Notes under the pieces: generated by a model
What the model was told of the DNA's origin: nothing
Database searches by the model: none
The model's input: only the letters and a program-made list of their open reading frames with translations
NCBI RefSeq assembly: GCF_006345805.1
Contig: NC_042999.1
Span: 118,420,001-118,484,000, forward strand
DNA: 64,000 nt
Source: Octopus sinensis
Taxonomy: Eukaryota
Direction: 5' to 3'
Shown here: positions 51,906-64,000 of the stretch, one piece after another
How the letters are laid out: each line of letters starts with the position of its first letter
Position numbering within the stretch: the first letter of the stretch is position 1
Translations under genes and position numbers: made by a program

Positions 51906-54298
51906 ACATACTTTGGCTGCTTTGGCTGCTGAGATGCAACTTAGGGTCTGATAAATCTTGGCTGGGTTACCTGGGTAAAGGGGAGTGATGTTGAAAAAGT
52001 TCAAACACAAGATGATGTTGAATCACATCACTAATGTCTTGATTCATGTCATCCAAATGTATCTGGTGCATTATTATTTTGCAAATAGCTAACACAGTGG
52101 GACAAAATAATTCAAAGGAAACTTGTGCTCAACTAAAATATGTCTATGGAATGAAGGTATAATATCAATAGTAATGTGATTATTTGAATCGACATTCCAC
52201 CTCAGTAAAATTGAATTCTGACAGAAATCATAATTGTAGCCATTGATGGTGTCATGTAAATGGCAACTGTGAAATCATGGCCACTGTTGGTAGCATGATC
52301 TTTGACTTTTGAGCCTATTGGAGGTGATGGCAAGTGACCAGGAACTTGGTGATATTCTGTGCTTGAGAAAACTTGTCAAGCCAAGTGAAATCAGAGTCAT
52401 GACCATTGCTGGTGTTATGTAAATGACACCCATGCTGGTGGCATATAATAAGCAACCATTACACTCTCGGAATGATTGGCATAAAGAAGGGTGTCCTGCT
52501 GTGGAAACCATGCTGAATCAGACTGGAACCTTCGGCTTACCAGGTCCAGTCAAGCCATCTAACTCATACCAGCATAGAAAGCAGGTGTTAAATGATGATG
52601 ATGATAAACACACAGATACACACACACACATATGTATGTAAGTATGTGTGTGTGCAAAACTAGGCCCTTTGACCAATTTCTTTCCTGCTCTAAACACTTC
52701 ATTATTCATTACCCTATGCTCCCCAAACTACAGCACTTCTCTGATAACACCTACTTTTCTTATTACACAGAACCATTTCAAATGCTATCCATCCTTCATC
52801 CATTAATATTGTTCTCTCCTCTGATACTTGCTCTAACCACAACCACAACCTCTGAGTTACCACATTATCTCTCCTCCTCCACCATTATACATCATTAACC
52901 CTCTTCAGACATCATTCCTGCCTATCTCTTCCCCACTCACTCCTGCAACTTACTTAACATATCATCATTCTTGTCCTCATTTCTACACTGTCTGCCATAT
53001 CTTACTTTCCCTTATCCCCACTTGCACTGTTGATGGTTTCCAACTTCTCCTTCCCTCATTCATTTTCCATTTCTCCCCCCTATACTCTTTTGCAGCCTCC
53101 ACCCACTCACCAACACACTTGGTCTCTTAATACTATCATTTTCATCATTTTCCAGCTCCACCAAATGCACAATTGTCTAGATGCTCACTAACTGGAACAC
53201 TCCCAAGAGATGATTATCTGATTCTTTGTTTATGTATCCTATATGGGAAAATATAAAGGGAAAATACGTGTGTGTGTATATATGTGTGTATGCATATATA
53301 AGTGTATGTATCTAAATAAAGAGGCAATTGTGCAGATAAACAAATTAGATATATTAAATATAACAGTTTGGGTATGAAATACAAACATGCATAAAGAGAA
53401 AAAGTAGAAAGTGAAAACTTTCAGACAATGAATATTTAGGTATGAATATATATTTATTTTGATAAATCCAACTCACACAGAGTACAAACAACAGAGAAAA
53501 GTAAAGGGGAGGAAGAAAGGTACTATAAATCCAACAGCTGTTTTTGGGGACTCAGCAATCCATAATAATGCTTGTAGATGTAGTTCATCATAATATGCAG
53601 TCATAAGGGAAGCAATCAACAATGGATAAACTGAGCCTCCGTCATCAGAGTAGAGAAGATCTTACATTTCAGATCATTATGCAGAGAAGTTGAAAGTGGA
53701 ATGATTAAATGTGGAGACCTAGCTGTATTAGAGCATATATGTGTGTGCATATGTCTTTTAGTTGTTTCAATCATTTAATAGCAGCCATGCTGGGGCATCT
53801 CATTGAAGGGTTTTAATCAAATGGATTGACCCCAGAGCAGTAATTCCACCAAGATAGCCCCTTTCCTGAACATGAAATCTGAACACACATAGCACACAAG
53901 CTCCACACATGGAAGAAATATTCCCCAATGACAGACTACCTCAGTACACAAGTATAAGAACTCTACACCCAGAATAAAAAAAAACAAAATAATGGAAACA
54001 AATTGACCACACAATAGTCTGCCCAAAAGACAACTCCAAGGGATACAAACATTCAAAAGATGCTAACCAAGAGTAATGTCCCTTGATTCATAGATTTATT
54101 CATAAGAATTGATGAGAATCTCCCCGAACTAATGGAGGCAGTGTTTTCCAAAATGGTGAAGACCTTTCTCCATGTGATTGGCGTGAAAACTTGTTGAGAT
54201 ACTAGGTTATTTTCCTACTTTTCTTCACATGAAACCAATGATAGCTTGTATTCACAAATAAAGAAAAAAAAATGCTATATATCTCTTTCTCTCTCTCG

Positions 54299-54332
<34 letters not shown>

Positions 54333-54424
54333 TATATATATACACACACACATATATATATGCATATATATATACATACATATATATATATATATATATA
54401 TGCATATATATATATACATACATA

Positions 54425-54455
<31 letters not shown>

Positions 54456-54799
54456 CAATCGATAACAATCGACTTCTGCCTTTCAAATTCAAAATGGCTG
54501 ACAACTAGCATCATGCTTGAAACTACCAATAAATTTGAATCAAACTGTTTTGATCCATATATATATATATATATACACATATACATATATACATACATAT
54601 ATATGCGTGTATATTGTGCTCTTGAGCCCACTCACGTGAAGATGTAAAAGTACACAGCTATTGTTGAATCATATTAATGCTAGAATGTGTGTAATATGTG
54701 AAGCATTCAGCAATTACCAGCTGATACTAATACACAGAAACAATTGCGGTGATTTGGTTTAAAGTTTACTCATTCTATCTTCCTTGAATTATAATTTCT

Positions 54800-54832
<33 letters not shown>

Positions 54833-54937
54833 TATATGTGTACGTGTGTGTGCATGTGTGTGTATACATAGATACATATATATATATACACACACATATA
54901 TTTAAGTATATACACATATACAGACACATAGTTAATG

Positions 54938-55789
54938 ACACAAAGCATCTACGTCTCTAGCTCTTTCAGTTCATTCATCTCCAATGAATACCTATACCAA
55001 ATTAAAATGTATTATCTTTTAATGGACAGTCAAAAAATTGCTTTTCATCACTCTTTTGTTAGAGAACAACCACTTTATTATCCAGGCAAAAATGCTATAT
55101 TTGCAATTTTACATTCTTGTTACAACACAATATGTATACAAACCTACATACATACATATGCAGTCAAATGCAGCTAAATGAAGATCTTTTCATTTAAACC
55201 GACAGATACAAGGAAAGATTGATTGGAATTTCTCTAAAAAAAAACAGTATTAAATTACTTCATCTCAAATATTTTTGTTGTAAATTATATATTTCCGATA
55301 TATTGATTTTATTGCAAGCTATTACATTTTGCATGTAAGCATGTATATATCCTATTATCTATCCATACATATATATATGAATGTATGTATGTATATATAC
55401 ACACACATGCATATGTATGTATATGTATACCTGGCCAATTTAGAAATGTAACCCCACATGGACAGTTGGAGATATTTTTCCTCCTTCTTTCTTCTTTCCC
55501 TTTGGGCTTCCCTGTTTTTTCCTGTTTCCAAAGGAGAACTATACTTGAAACATAAAACAACCACTCTCTTTCTTCTCTGAGCGTCTTATTAATACATTGT
55601 TTCTGCTACGTCCTCATGTTTGTTTGTTTCTATTTTCTACTCTGTGACATCCCCATAACTTAACAGTTCAGCAAAAGAGAACGATAGAATATGTACTAGG
55701 CTTACAAACATAAGTCCTAGGGTTGATTTGCTTGACCAAAAGTGGTGCACCAGCATGGCTGCAGTCAAATGACTGAAACTAGAATAAAA

Positions 55790-55833
<44 letters not shown>

Positions 55834-57320
55834 TCCTCATCATTTAACGTCCAATTTCCAAGCTGGCATGGGTTGGATGGTTTGCCTGAAAACTGGTTAG
55901 CCGTAGAGTTGTACCAGGTTCCAATCTAATTTGGCATGCTTTCTATGACTGGATGCTCTTCCTTATACCAACCACTCCAGGAGTGTAGTGGGTGCCTTTT
56001 ACATGCCACCATCATGGGTGCCATTGACGTGTCACCAGCATTGGCCATAACTAGAATCTCACTTGGCTTGACAGGTCTTCACAAGCACAGCATATCGTGA
56101 AAGGTTTCAATCACTTGTCACTGGTTCTGTGAGGCCCAACATTTGGCAGGTGCTTTTTATATGTCACCAGCATGGGTGAAGGAAAAACGGCATTAATAGA
56201 TTTAAGCGAATACCTAAGCAAGTAATTTTAGCAAATATTTAAGTGAATAAACTCTCTGTAGTTATGAAACACAGCTAACTAAATTGTCCATCAAATGCCA
56301 CAGTAATCCCCATAGATTGTAAATTCATTTTCAGCTATCAGTACAATTTGCGACTCTGAAGTTCAAACACTCAGTGCATTCAATTTGAATTCAATGTATA
56401 AATGTTGAGTATAATAGAAAAGATGCACACATATGAATGGAGATTTATAAATGAATTATCGGCTGTATCACCAGTGGTGATATAACTTTGATAAGAATAG
56501 GATGGTGCTGAATTCCTCTGTCATATTTTAATTAAGCACATATAGAGTCAATTAAATGTGCTTAAATTTTACATTGCAGAATTTTGAAATATGCTGTTCT
56601 ATTTGAAATGTATGCTGCTAATAACTGATGAATAAACCCCTATTCGTTTGTGTTATGTATGTAAGTATATATGTATGTATATGTTATATATGAGTGTGTG
56701 TGTGCACACGTGTGTGAGTGTATTAGAACTGAAGTTGAGAAATTGTGCTGCAATTTTTATTCCAGTGCAGTCACCAAAGTCACAGCTTCAGTTTTAGAAA
56801 AAATTACTTTCTCTGTAACACGTATTGATCACTCCTTTCTCATTCATCCAACATTGAGCAATGTGCATTTACACACACACACACGCAAACAGAGGCAAAA
56901 ATCAAACATTGAAAACTGATGCAGCGGTAACAGAAAATTTATAGAATCTTTTTCTGCTGTTGGTCCCATTTGACTCATTCAAATAAAACAGATTTTTCTA
57001 AACTATATCTACAATATTTGAGTTAAATCATTGTTCATACATCTGCAAAATACTTCCTCAAAGATCTTATGCAAAATCATTGAATTTGCAAAACCACGCA
57101 ATATATGATATCTTGTAATAAAATCCATATATAGGAAATATATTATTACTACAATTACAACAAATAGATTTGAAATGATATAATGTAATGTGTTTTTCAG
57201 AAATTTCAATCAATCTTTCCTTGTATTTACTTGTCTAAGTGAAATGATCTTCATTTAGCTATATTTGACTGCAGTTGTTTATATACATATATATATATAT
57301 ATATACATATATACATACAT

Positions 57321-57357
<37 letters not shown>

Positions 57358-57592
57358 CACATACATGTGGGTGTGTTTGTGTGTGTGTGTGTTAATACAT
57401 ATTTTGTTGTTACTAGAATACAAAATTGCAAATATAGCTTTCTTGGCAGGATTAAAAAACTGTTTGTTCTCTAACAAAGTGTAGTGAAAAGCAACTTTTT
57501 TTACTGTCCATTAAAATCATTTATTTTAATTTGATATATGTCTGCATTAGAGAAAGATGAATTAAAAGAGCCAGAAAGATAAATGTGTTGTG
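54938..57592. repeat. Diverged inverted repeat (54938-55330 / 57095-57592)
   Basis: ttttaatggacagt, ttgttagagaacaa, gctatatttgcaatttt, tgcagtcaaat and acaaggaaagattgattg all recur reverse-complemented in colinear order. Confidence 0.85.
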
Positions 57593-57652
57593 ACTAGTAT
57601 GCTAATTTTGTGGGTGTGCATGTGTGTGTGTGTGTCTCCAGAATGAAGACGA

Positions 57653-57808
57653 ACACCATTCCTCCATGTGATCGACTTGAAAAATTGTTAGGATATTCAG
57701 ATATTTTCCTATTCTTTTTAACATGAAACCAATGGTAGCCTTAATTCACAAATAAAGAAATTCTATCCACCAATGCAGTGTTGAGCACCCATTTTCATTG
57801 TTTGACAT
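57653..57808 (+). repeat. Unclassified dispersed repeat (about 150 bp)
   Basis: ctccatgtgat..gaaaaattgttaggata..acatgaaaccaatggtagcc..acaaataaaga; also at 16577-16725 and 54160-54265. Confidence 0.75.
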
Positions 57809-57848
57809 TTATGTATGTGTATATGTGTGTGCATATATACATCATACA

Positions 57849-57887
<39 letters not shown>

Positions 57888-57898
57888 TTATCTATCTC

Positions 57899-57945
<47 letters not shown>

Positions 57946-57972
57946 GTGTATCTATATCTATATATATATATT
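57849..57972. repeat. (TATC)n tetranucleotide microsatellite
   Basis: Directly visible. Confidence 0.95.
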
Positions 57973-58644
57973 TGTTGTAAATGTAGTAATAATATATTTC
58001 CTATATATGGATTTTATTTTAAGATATCATATATTGCATGGTTTTGCAATTTCAATGATTTTGCATGAGATCTTTGAGGAAGTATTTTGCAGATATATGA
58101 ACAATGATTTAACTCTGATATTGTAGATATAGTTTTTAAAAAATCTCTATCTTATATGAAAGAATCAAATGTGATCAATAGCAGAAAAGGATTCAATAAC
58201 TTTTCTGTTACCTTTGCATCAGTTTCAATGATATTTAGGCTTCATAAATTAGTGTTTGATTTTTCTTCATTGCATGAGTGCATGCATGTCTGCGTGTGTC
58301 TGTGTATCTGTGTCTGTGTGTATGTGTGTGTAAACACACTTTGCTCAATGTAGAACGAATGAGAAAGGAGTGATCAATACGTGTTGTAGAATAAGTAGTT
58401 TTTTTACTAAAACTGAAGCTGTGACTTCATCTGATGACTGCACTGGAATGAAAATTGTGTCACAAATTCACCCCTTCAGTTCTAATACATTCACACACAT
58501 ACACACACACACGTGCACACACATATAACATATATATATATTGGTAAAAACGGTAAGATAACAGAAGAAAGAAAGAGACCTCAATATTATGTAAATAGAG
58601 AAAATATATCTATAAAATAATATGTTACAATTACTCAATAGTCA

Positions 58645-58707
58645 AGATAAAACTCTGAGTTTCAGATGCCGAAGTGGAAATCCACAACACCATCTCTTCG
58701 GTTATCT
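58645..58707 (-). ncRNA. Variant hammerhead ribozyme fold (CCGAAGA core), left arm of palindrome
   Basis: Reverse complement reads agataa-CCGAAGA-gatg...catct-GAAA-ctcagag-TT-ttatct, a mirror copy of 58946-59008 with one difference inside stem II. Confidence 0.6.
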
Positions 58708-58945
58708 GGCCATCTGAAAAAACACTATGAAAAAATACTGTTATATAAAGGGAAATTACTGTGTTATAATTCTGCTACTTATATAAATCAAGATTAAAAG
58801 TTCATAGTAAACACGTAAACATGACTAGCCATGTTTACATGTTTACTATGAACTTTTAATCTTAATTTATATAAGTAGCAGAATTATAACACAGTAATTT
58901 CCCTTTAAATAATGGTATTTTTTCATAGCGTTTTTTCAGATGGCC

Positions 58946-59008
58946 AGATAACCGAAGAGATGGTGTTGTGGATTTCCATTTCGGCATCTGAAACTCAGAG
59001 TTTTATCT
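58946..59008 (+). ncRNA. Variant hammerhead ribozyme fold (CCGAAGA core), right arm of palindrome
   Basis: Stem I AGATAA/TTATCT; core CCGAAGA 58952-58958; stem II GATG...CATC with one extra T; GAAA 58990-58993; stem III ACTC-a-GAGT; GTT triplet with position 17 at 59002. Confidence 0.6.
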
Positions 59009-59033
59009 TGACTATTAAGTAATTGAAACATAT

Positions 59034-59065
<32 letters not shown>

Positions 59066-59066
<1 letters not shown>

Positions 59067-59533
59067 AATGAATAGGAAATGGAGATGTATATCAATTGGC
59101 AATGCAAAAATTAAAACTTGATATTTATTAGCATAATAGTATATTATATTCTTATAATAATACAATATAGTACAATATAATAAGTAATAATATTAAATAT
59201 AAATCACATACAAATGTTTCAATTCTTGGCCATAATTAAATTAGAAAAATTCATTGTTTTGGGGCCAAGAATCTCCCCGATGTAATTTCTTATGTATATT
59301 AGGATTCACATTTCCAGTAAGGCTGAATTTAAATCTATCTAATTAAAAGTTTGAGTGATATTAATTAAAAAAAGAAAAACAAGAATTGAAATATTTGTAT
59401 TTGATTTATATTTAATATTTATTACTTATTAGTTTGTATAATACTGTATTATTATAAGAATATAATATAATATACTTTTATGCTAATATATTTTAATTGC
59501 CAATTGTTATACATCTCCATTTCCTATTCATTT
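59066..59533. repeat. Inverted repeat, about 160-bp AT-rich arms (59066-59228 / 59380-59533)
   Basis: aaatgaataggaaatggagatgtat...tttcaattcttg is mirrored by caagaattgaaa...atacatctccatttcctattcattt. Confidence 0.9.
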
Positions 59534-59665
59534 TTATAATTTAATATATACCCAGGTAATCTGTGAAGTTTTTTTCTCTGCAAAATTGGGTTTTTGACTG
59601 TGAAGCCAGTGACATATTGTATATTTTTCATTCCCATTTTCCTTGGATTATTCAATAGATATATG

Positions 59666-59748
<83 letters not shown>

Positions 59749-59865
59749 ATATATATATATATATACGTATATATACACACTCACACACACACACACATAT
59801 ATGTGACTGTGTGTGTATCGTTGACGATTTTCATTCTCAGTCTTCCCTTCTTTGGACTTTTTCTA

Positions 59866-59901
59866 TATTTCTGATGAAGAGCTCCACTCGAAATGTGAAA
59901 T
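59866..59901 (+). ncRNA. Degenerate hammerhead core in a Penelope-like terminal repeat fragment
   Basis: attt-CTGATGA-a-GAG-ctcca-CTC-GAAA-tgtg-aaat. Both core boxes and stem II are intact; stem III and the cleavage triplet are degenerate. Confidence 0.45.
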
Positions 59902-60099
59902 CCTCTTTCTTTTCTTTCCTTTCCTGAGCGTCCAATAACACTGTTCTTATTCCACATCCTCGTGTTGTTGCTTTTTGTTACACACGTATATAATGTTTTC
60001 TCCTGCTTTTAATTATTTGAACCCTTCTTGTCAGTAAGGAGTTGGTTTCTGACATAGACACAAATCTCCATCGTTGGAATGAAGATAACTAAAACAATC

Positions 60100-60655
60100 T
60101 TACATCCTGAAAACTCTTGCACATTTTTACAGTTCTGCTTCCAGTCTGTTTATATAATATGCAAGTTAGCTGGTTGATTTATTTTTCTGAGCACCCTAGC
60201 TTTTCTTGACTACCTTTTAGCTACTTATCAACAAAATCAAGTGAACCAATTATTATTGAAATAAATATAAATTTATAATCTTGATATAACAGCTGAAAGT
60301 TTCGAAGCAGTTGTTCATAGTTATCCTCTTTCTCTCTGATTTTTAACCCTTTCAATGCAAAACCCCCTCTGGTTCTGTTGTACAAATGTCTTGTTTTCGA
60401 AAGTTCTGAATTAAAATCTTCCACCAAACCTTAGTCACAATTCATATTCCTAATACTAACTTAATGATAACTAAGTTAGTTTACTAAATTCTTTGTTACA
60501 TTTGAAATTAATTGAAAGAAACTCAGAGCATCTCAATAGATATATGGTAACATAAGGGTTAATGAGATATTCACATCAGCAGGGTAATTGATCTCTTTAG
60601 CAGTACACAATTTTCTTGTCTGTCCCAGAGAACTTTATCCAGCTTATGTTTGTAC
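60100..60655 (-). mobile_element. R4/Dong-like LINE 3' remnant (related to 19780-21440), split by a MITE
   Basis: PADVNISL + KIREKEDNYEQLLRNFQLLYQDYKFIFISIIIGSL becomes contiguous once the MITE at 60343-60562 is removed. Confidence 0.7.
60343..60562 (+). mobile_element. piggyBac-type MITE copy inserted in a LINE remnant
   Basis: TTAA at both ends; removing it restores the LINE reading frame. Confidence 0.88.
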
Positions 60656-60964
60656 TTTATTTTTTATTTTTCACTTGTTTTAGTCATCATACTGTGGCCA
60701 TGCTGGGGCACCACCTCAAAGAATTTTTAATCAAATGTATCAACCCCAGTACATGAGTCAATATGAATGGGATAAAAGTGCAAGTTGAGCAAGTAAAATT
60801 CAGACTATATATGTTTCCTAGCTAGCAGATCTCTGACGTAATAGTTACTCAACGAAGGGTACTTTTCTAGCTACTCATCTGGTTGAAGTTACCTTAACTA
60901 TATAAAGGTTTTATCATCTTTAAGGCATCTCAAATTAACTCACCAAAGATATAATTTTGATATA

Positions 60965-61030
<66 letters not shown>

Positions 61031-61072
61031 ATATTTATATATATATATATATATATTTATATATTTATATAT

Positions 61073-61115
<43 letters not shown>

Positions 61116-62364
61116 GAATATTTAACACATACATATGTGGCGTTTGGTAACAGAGTGTCATAAGAGCCAACATTTTCAAGGTTATTGTATCATTTTCTTT
61201 GTCTCAACGTCTGGAATCTGAAGAAGTTGGGAGGGAAAACCAGTGAGGCTTGCAATAAGGTCGAAAATCCGGCTGAAAAAATTGTACCTTGATGTTGTTG
61301 ACATGACACTCACTCAGCCAAACACGGACCAGAGAGTTTAGTAATACACCATCGTAAGCACATACACTCAATCAATAACTTTGGTGTGGTTCCTGTATTG
61401 TTGTTTACAGTGCTATGGCTCATTTTCCAATATTCCTCATTACCATCGTAATGATAATGGGCTATTATTATCTTACTATCTTGTCTTACTTACCTCTTAA
61501 AGATACCTTAGTATATTAAAACACAAACAATACCTTTGGGGTGGTTTCTGCATGTTTCTTTTAGGTATTATGACTAAAATATGCAATATCATTTCATAGT
61601 ACCGGTATATTCTACAAATGAGAAAGATGCAGTCATTGTTTCGTCTTTCACATGCATGCATAAATATATAATTTCACATATATGGAATGATTAGAGGAGA
61701 TCTTCACAGTCATTCTAAGACCAAAACCAGCTTCCTAACTTCAATCCTTGCTGAGACATTGCTTTCTGAAAGTCTTGAAACTTCGACTGTGTTTTTATTG
61801 GTTTTTAAGTGGTGGCCCTTATGATAGTCTGTTACTAAATGCCTCATATGTATCATATATTCATGTTTTGAATATTTTCCTGTTTGCATTGCCAAACCTA
61901 TATTATGTGTGTGTGTGTATAGTTAAGTACGTGTGTGTGTGTGTGTGCATGTGTGTTTGTGTATACTCATAGAATATGCTATTGCAAAGGAGAAAGATTA
62001 ACTCTTACATATGCTTGTACTTAACTAGTACTTTATTCTGTTCACGATCAAGAGATGAAAAGCAAACTTGACCTTAGCAGTATTTGAACACTCAACATAA
62101 AGATCAAGAACAAATGTTTCAACACATTTTGATCCTGTCAATCCATCCTGCTCAAAATAGGCACATGGGTAGAAAGTGGATGAGTAGGGGAGTGGAGAGT
62201 TGATTATATCAACCTCAATAATTTTACTCATACTTTGTTTTATAGACTCCTGGTGGGTATGTAAGTCAAAGCTAATCTTGGGAGGATTTTCACACAGCAA
62301 GCTGCAGAAGCAAATAACTCTAGGCATCTGTCTGACACTCAATTTTTCCAACCCACCACCCTTT

Positions 62365-62433
62365 AATAACAACAATAATAATAATGAGGAGGAAGTAGAT
62401 AACAATGACAATGACGACGACGACGACGACGAC

Positions 62434-62466
<33 letters not shown>

Positions 62467-62488
62467 AATGAGGAGGAGGAGGAGGAGG
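62365..62488. repeat. Compound trinucleotide repeat (AAC/AAT/GAC/GAT/GAG)
   Basis: Directly visible, adjacent to a SINE B head. Confidence 0.9.
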
Positions 62489-64000
62489 CTTAAAATGACT
62501 ACAACACTATTCTCATTAATATCACTAAACATGATTACAACTGACTTCCTTATGCATACACAAATTGCAACTTTAATAAAACAAGTTAACACAAATATAG
62601 ACTAACCATATTCAGAAAAAAAAACAAAACAAAATAACAAATGCATTTACCTACAATAAGAAATTAACAGGAATTAATTATAGAATTAATCAATTAATTA
62701 TGAAACTACATTAAACTTAACAACATCATTTAACAGTTTTTATTAATGATTTCATTGATTGTCATTCAGATTTTTCAGATGTTAAAATTTAATAGCAGCA
62801 AACCTGGTTTTCGATTTGTTATTGAATCAAACTTTAAATAGAATTAATCAAAGCACTGAGCATTAAAAAGGTAACTAGAGACTTTCTGGTGACAGGAAAT
62901 CTGTATTAGTAACTGAGTAATGATATTCTAATAGTTCAAGTAAGTATGGAAGACAATTCCAATTATGCTTCAGTTTTAGTACATCTTCAACAAATTATTT
63001 ACTTTACTATGCTTTACCAAATCAATGATGAGAGAATCCTTATGTAGAGGAACAATATTTTATACTATCGGGACCCATGAATATTTCATGGGACTAATGG
63101 TAAACATATTGAATTGTTTCTGAAAACTTTATCCAAAAAACTTGAAAGCGTAGCCTGTGTTTTGTCTGTATCAAAAAAATAGTTGCTTATCTGCTAATCA
63201 TTGAAAAGTGAAGAAAATTGGAATACAATAATTACTTAATGCACTTTATATATACACTCAATATACTTTATGCACAAATTTATAGACTTAATACACAACA
63301 CTCTCCCTCTTTTTCTCTCTCCTTTTTCTTTTGCTCTTTGTCTTTCTTTCAACTAATTATGTGAAAGCATTATAGACAGGTTAAGTAACAGAGAAAAAGC
63401 ATAGTCCAAAAAAGAAAACATTACACATTTCACTTACCACCACCTCTCCCTCCCCCCCATATAAACCCCTCCCCCTGTCTCCTCCCACTAACATATCCCT
63501 CTCCCACTTCTCCCAGTCTCCCTCCTCCTTAACTAATCATGTAGAAGTGTTACAGACGGGCTAAGTAATGGAGTGATAAGCAGAATTATTTTTAGATTTT
63601 TTGCTGCGTCAATTAGCATAATTTTATCCATGCTTTGCAGTTGATGTTTAATAAGACATTCACTTCAAAATACTTGTTTCTTCACGTTTAAAAGCATTAT
63701 CCATTCCTCAGTTTAATGGTTAATATTTTATCATCTCTAAGAATGGGTGTAGCAGAAATGATAGATAAAAATTTGATATTAAATTGTACCCATTTATTTT
63801 GGGATCAACTTTGCATTTCATTTTTCTGGGGTCAACAAAATGAGCACCTTTCATTATAGTGTAGCCTTATTTTAATTCTATACTTAATTCGTGATTAAAA
63901 TTAATGCAATGAGATATATATAGATGTACAGTGTCTTACAGTGATTGTAAATCTTTGTTTAAATTTTGAATTTACAATAAGAAATTAGACTTTATCAGAA

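Larger units (their letters stand above)
56690..58525. repeat. Large diverged inverted repeat, about 500-bp arms (56690-57165 / 57970-58525)
   Basis: Blocks such as tccagtgcagtca, acacgtattgatcactcctttctcatt and atctgcaaaatacttcctcaaagatct recur reverse-complemented in the second arm. Confidence 0.9.
58615..59038. repeat. Spacer-less 424-bp palindrome (2 x 212 bp)
   Basis: Arms pair without indels around a central CTAG at 58825-58828; about 10 mismatches counted by eye. Confidence 0.95.

Noticed and set aside
51645-52010. 121-aa minus-strand ORF as a host gene
   Set aside because: The opposite strand matches a decayed REL-endonuclease LINE terminus better.
61740-61795. gagac..gtctt-GAAA hammerhead-like motif
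   Set aside because: The first core box is corrupted (cttgctga) and stems I and III are unconvincing.
62200-62493. ORF ending in poly-N/D/E acidic tail
   Set aside because: It is a compound trinucleotide repeat fused to an antisense SINE B copy, with no splice or homology support.

Overview
AT-rich eukaryotic, non-coding-looking DNA (intronic or intergenic), with no intact protein-coding gene that I can support. It is packed with (TA)n/(CA)n/(TAA)n/(GAT)n microsatellites and decayed mobile elements: four mariner copies, a hAT/Buster remnant, a near full-length RTE LINE, R4/Dong-like and Hero-like REL-endonuclease LINE remnants, a complete non-autonomous Helitron, TTAA-targeting piggyBac-type MITEs and at least four SINE families. 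This repeat repertoire resembles that of octopus (coleoid cephalopod) genomes, which is my inference. Most ORFs in the supplied track are microsatellite or transposon artefacts. The most interesting signal is structural. Several small elements carry minimal type-I hammerhead ribozyme folds. One is essentially canonical (29332-29389), one sits between inverted repeats (3592-3639), and a variant pair is mirrored in a spacer-less 424-bp palindrome (58615-59038). That palindrome lies in a 4.6-kb zone of stacked inverted repeats (54.9-59.5 kb). A few isolated exon-like segments are possible but unverified.
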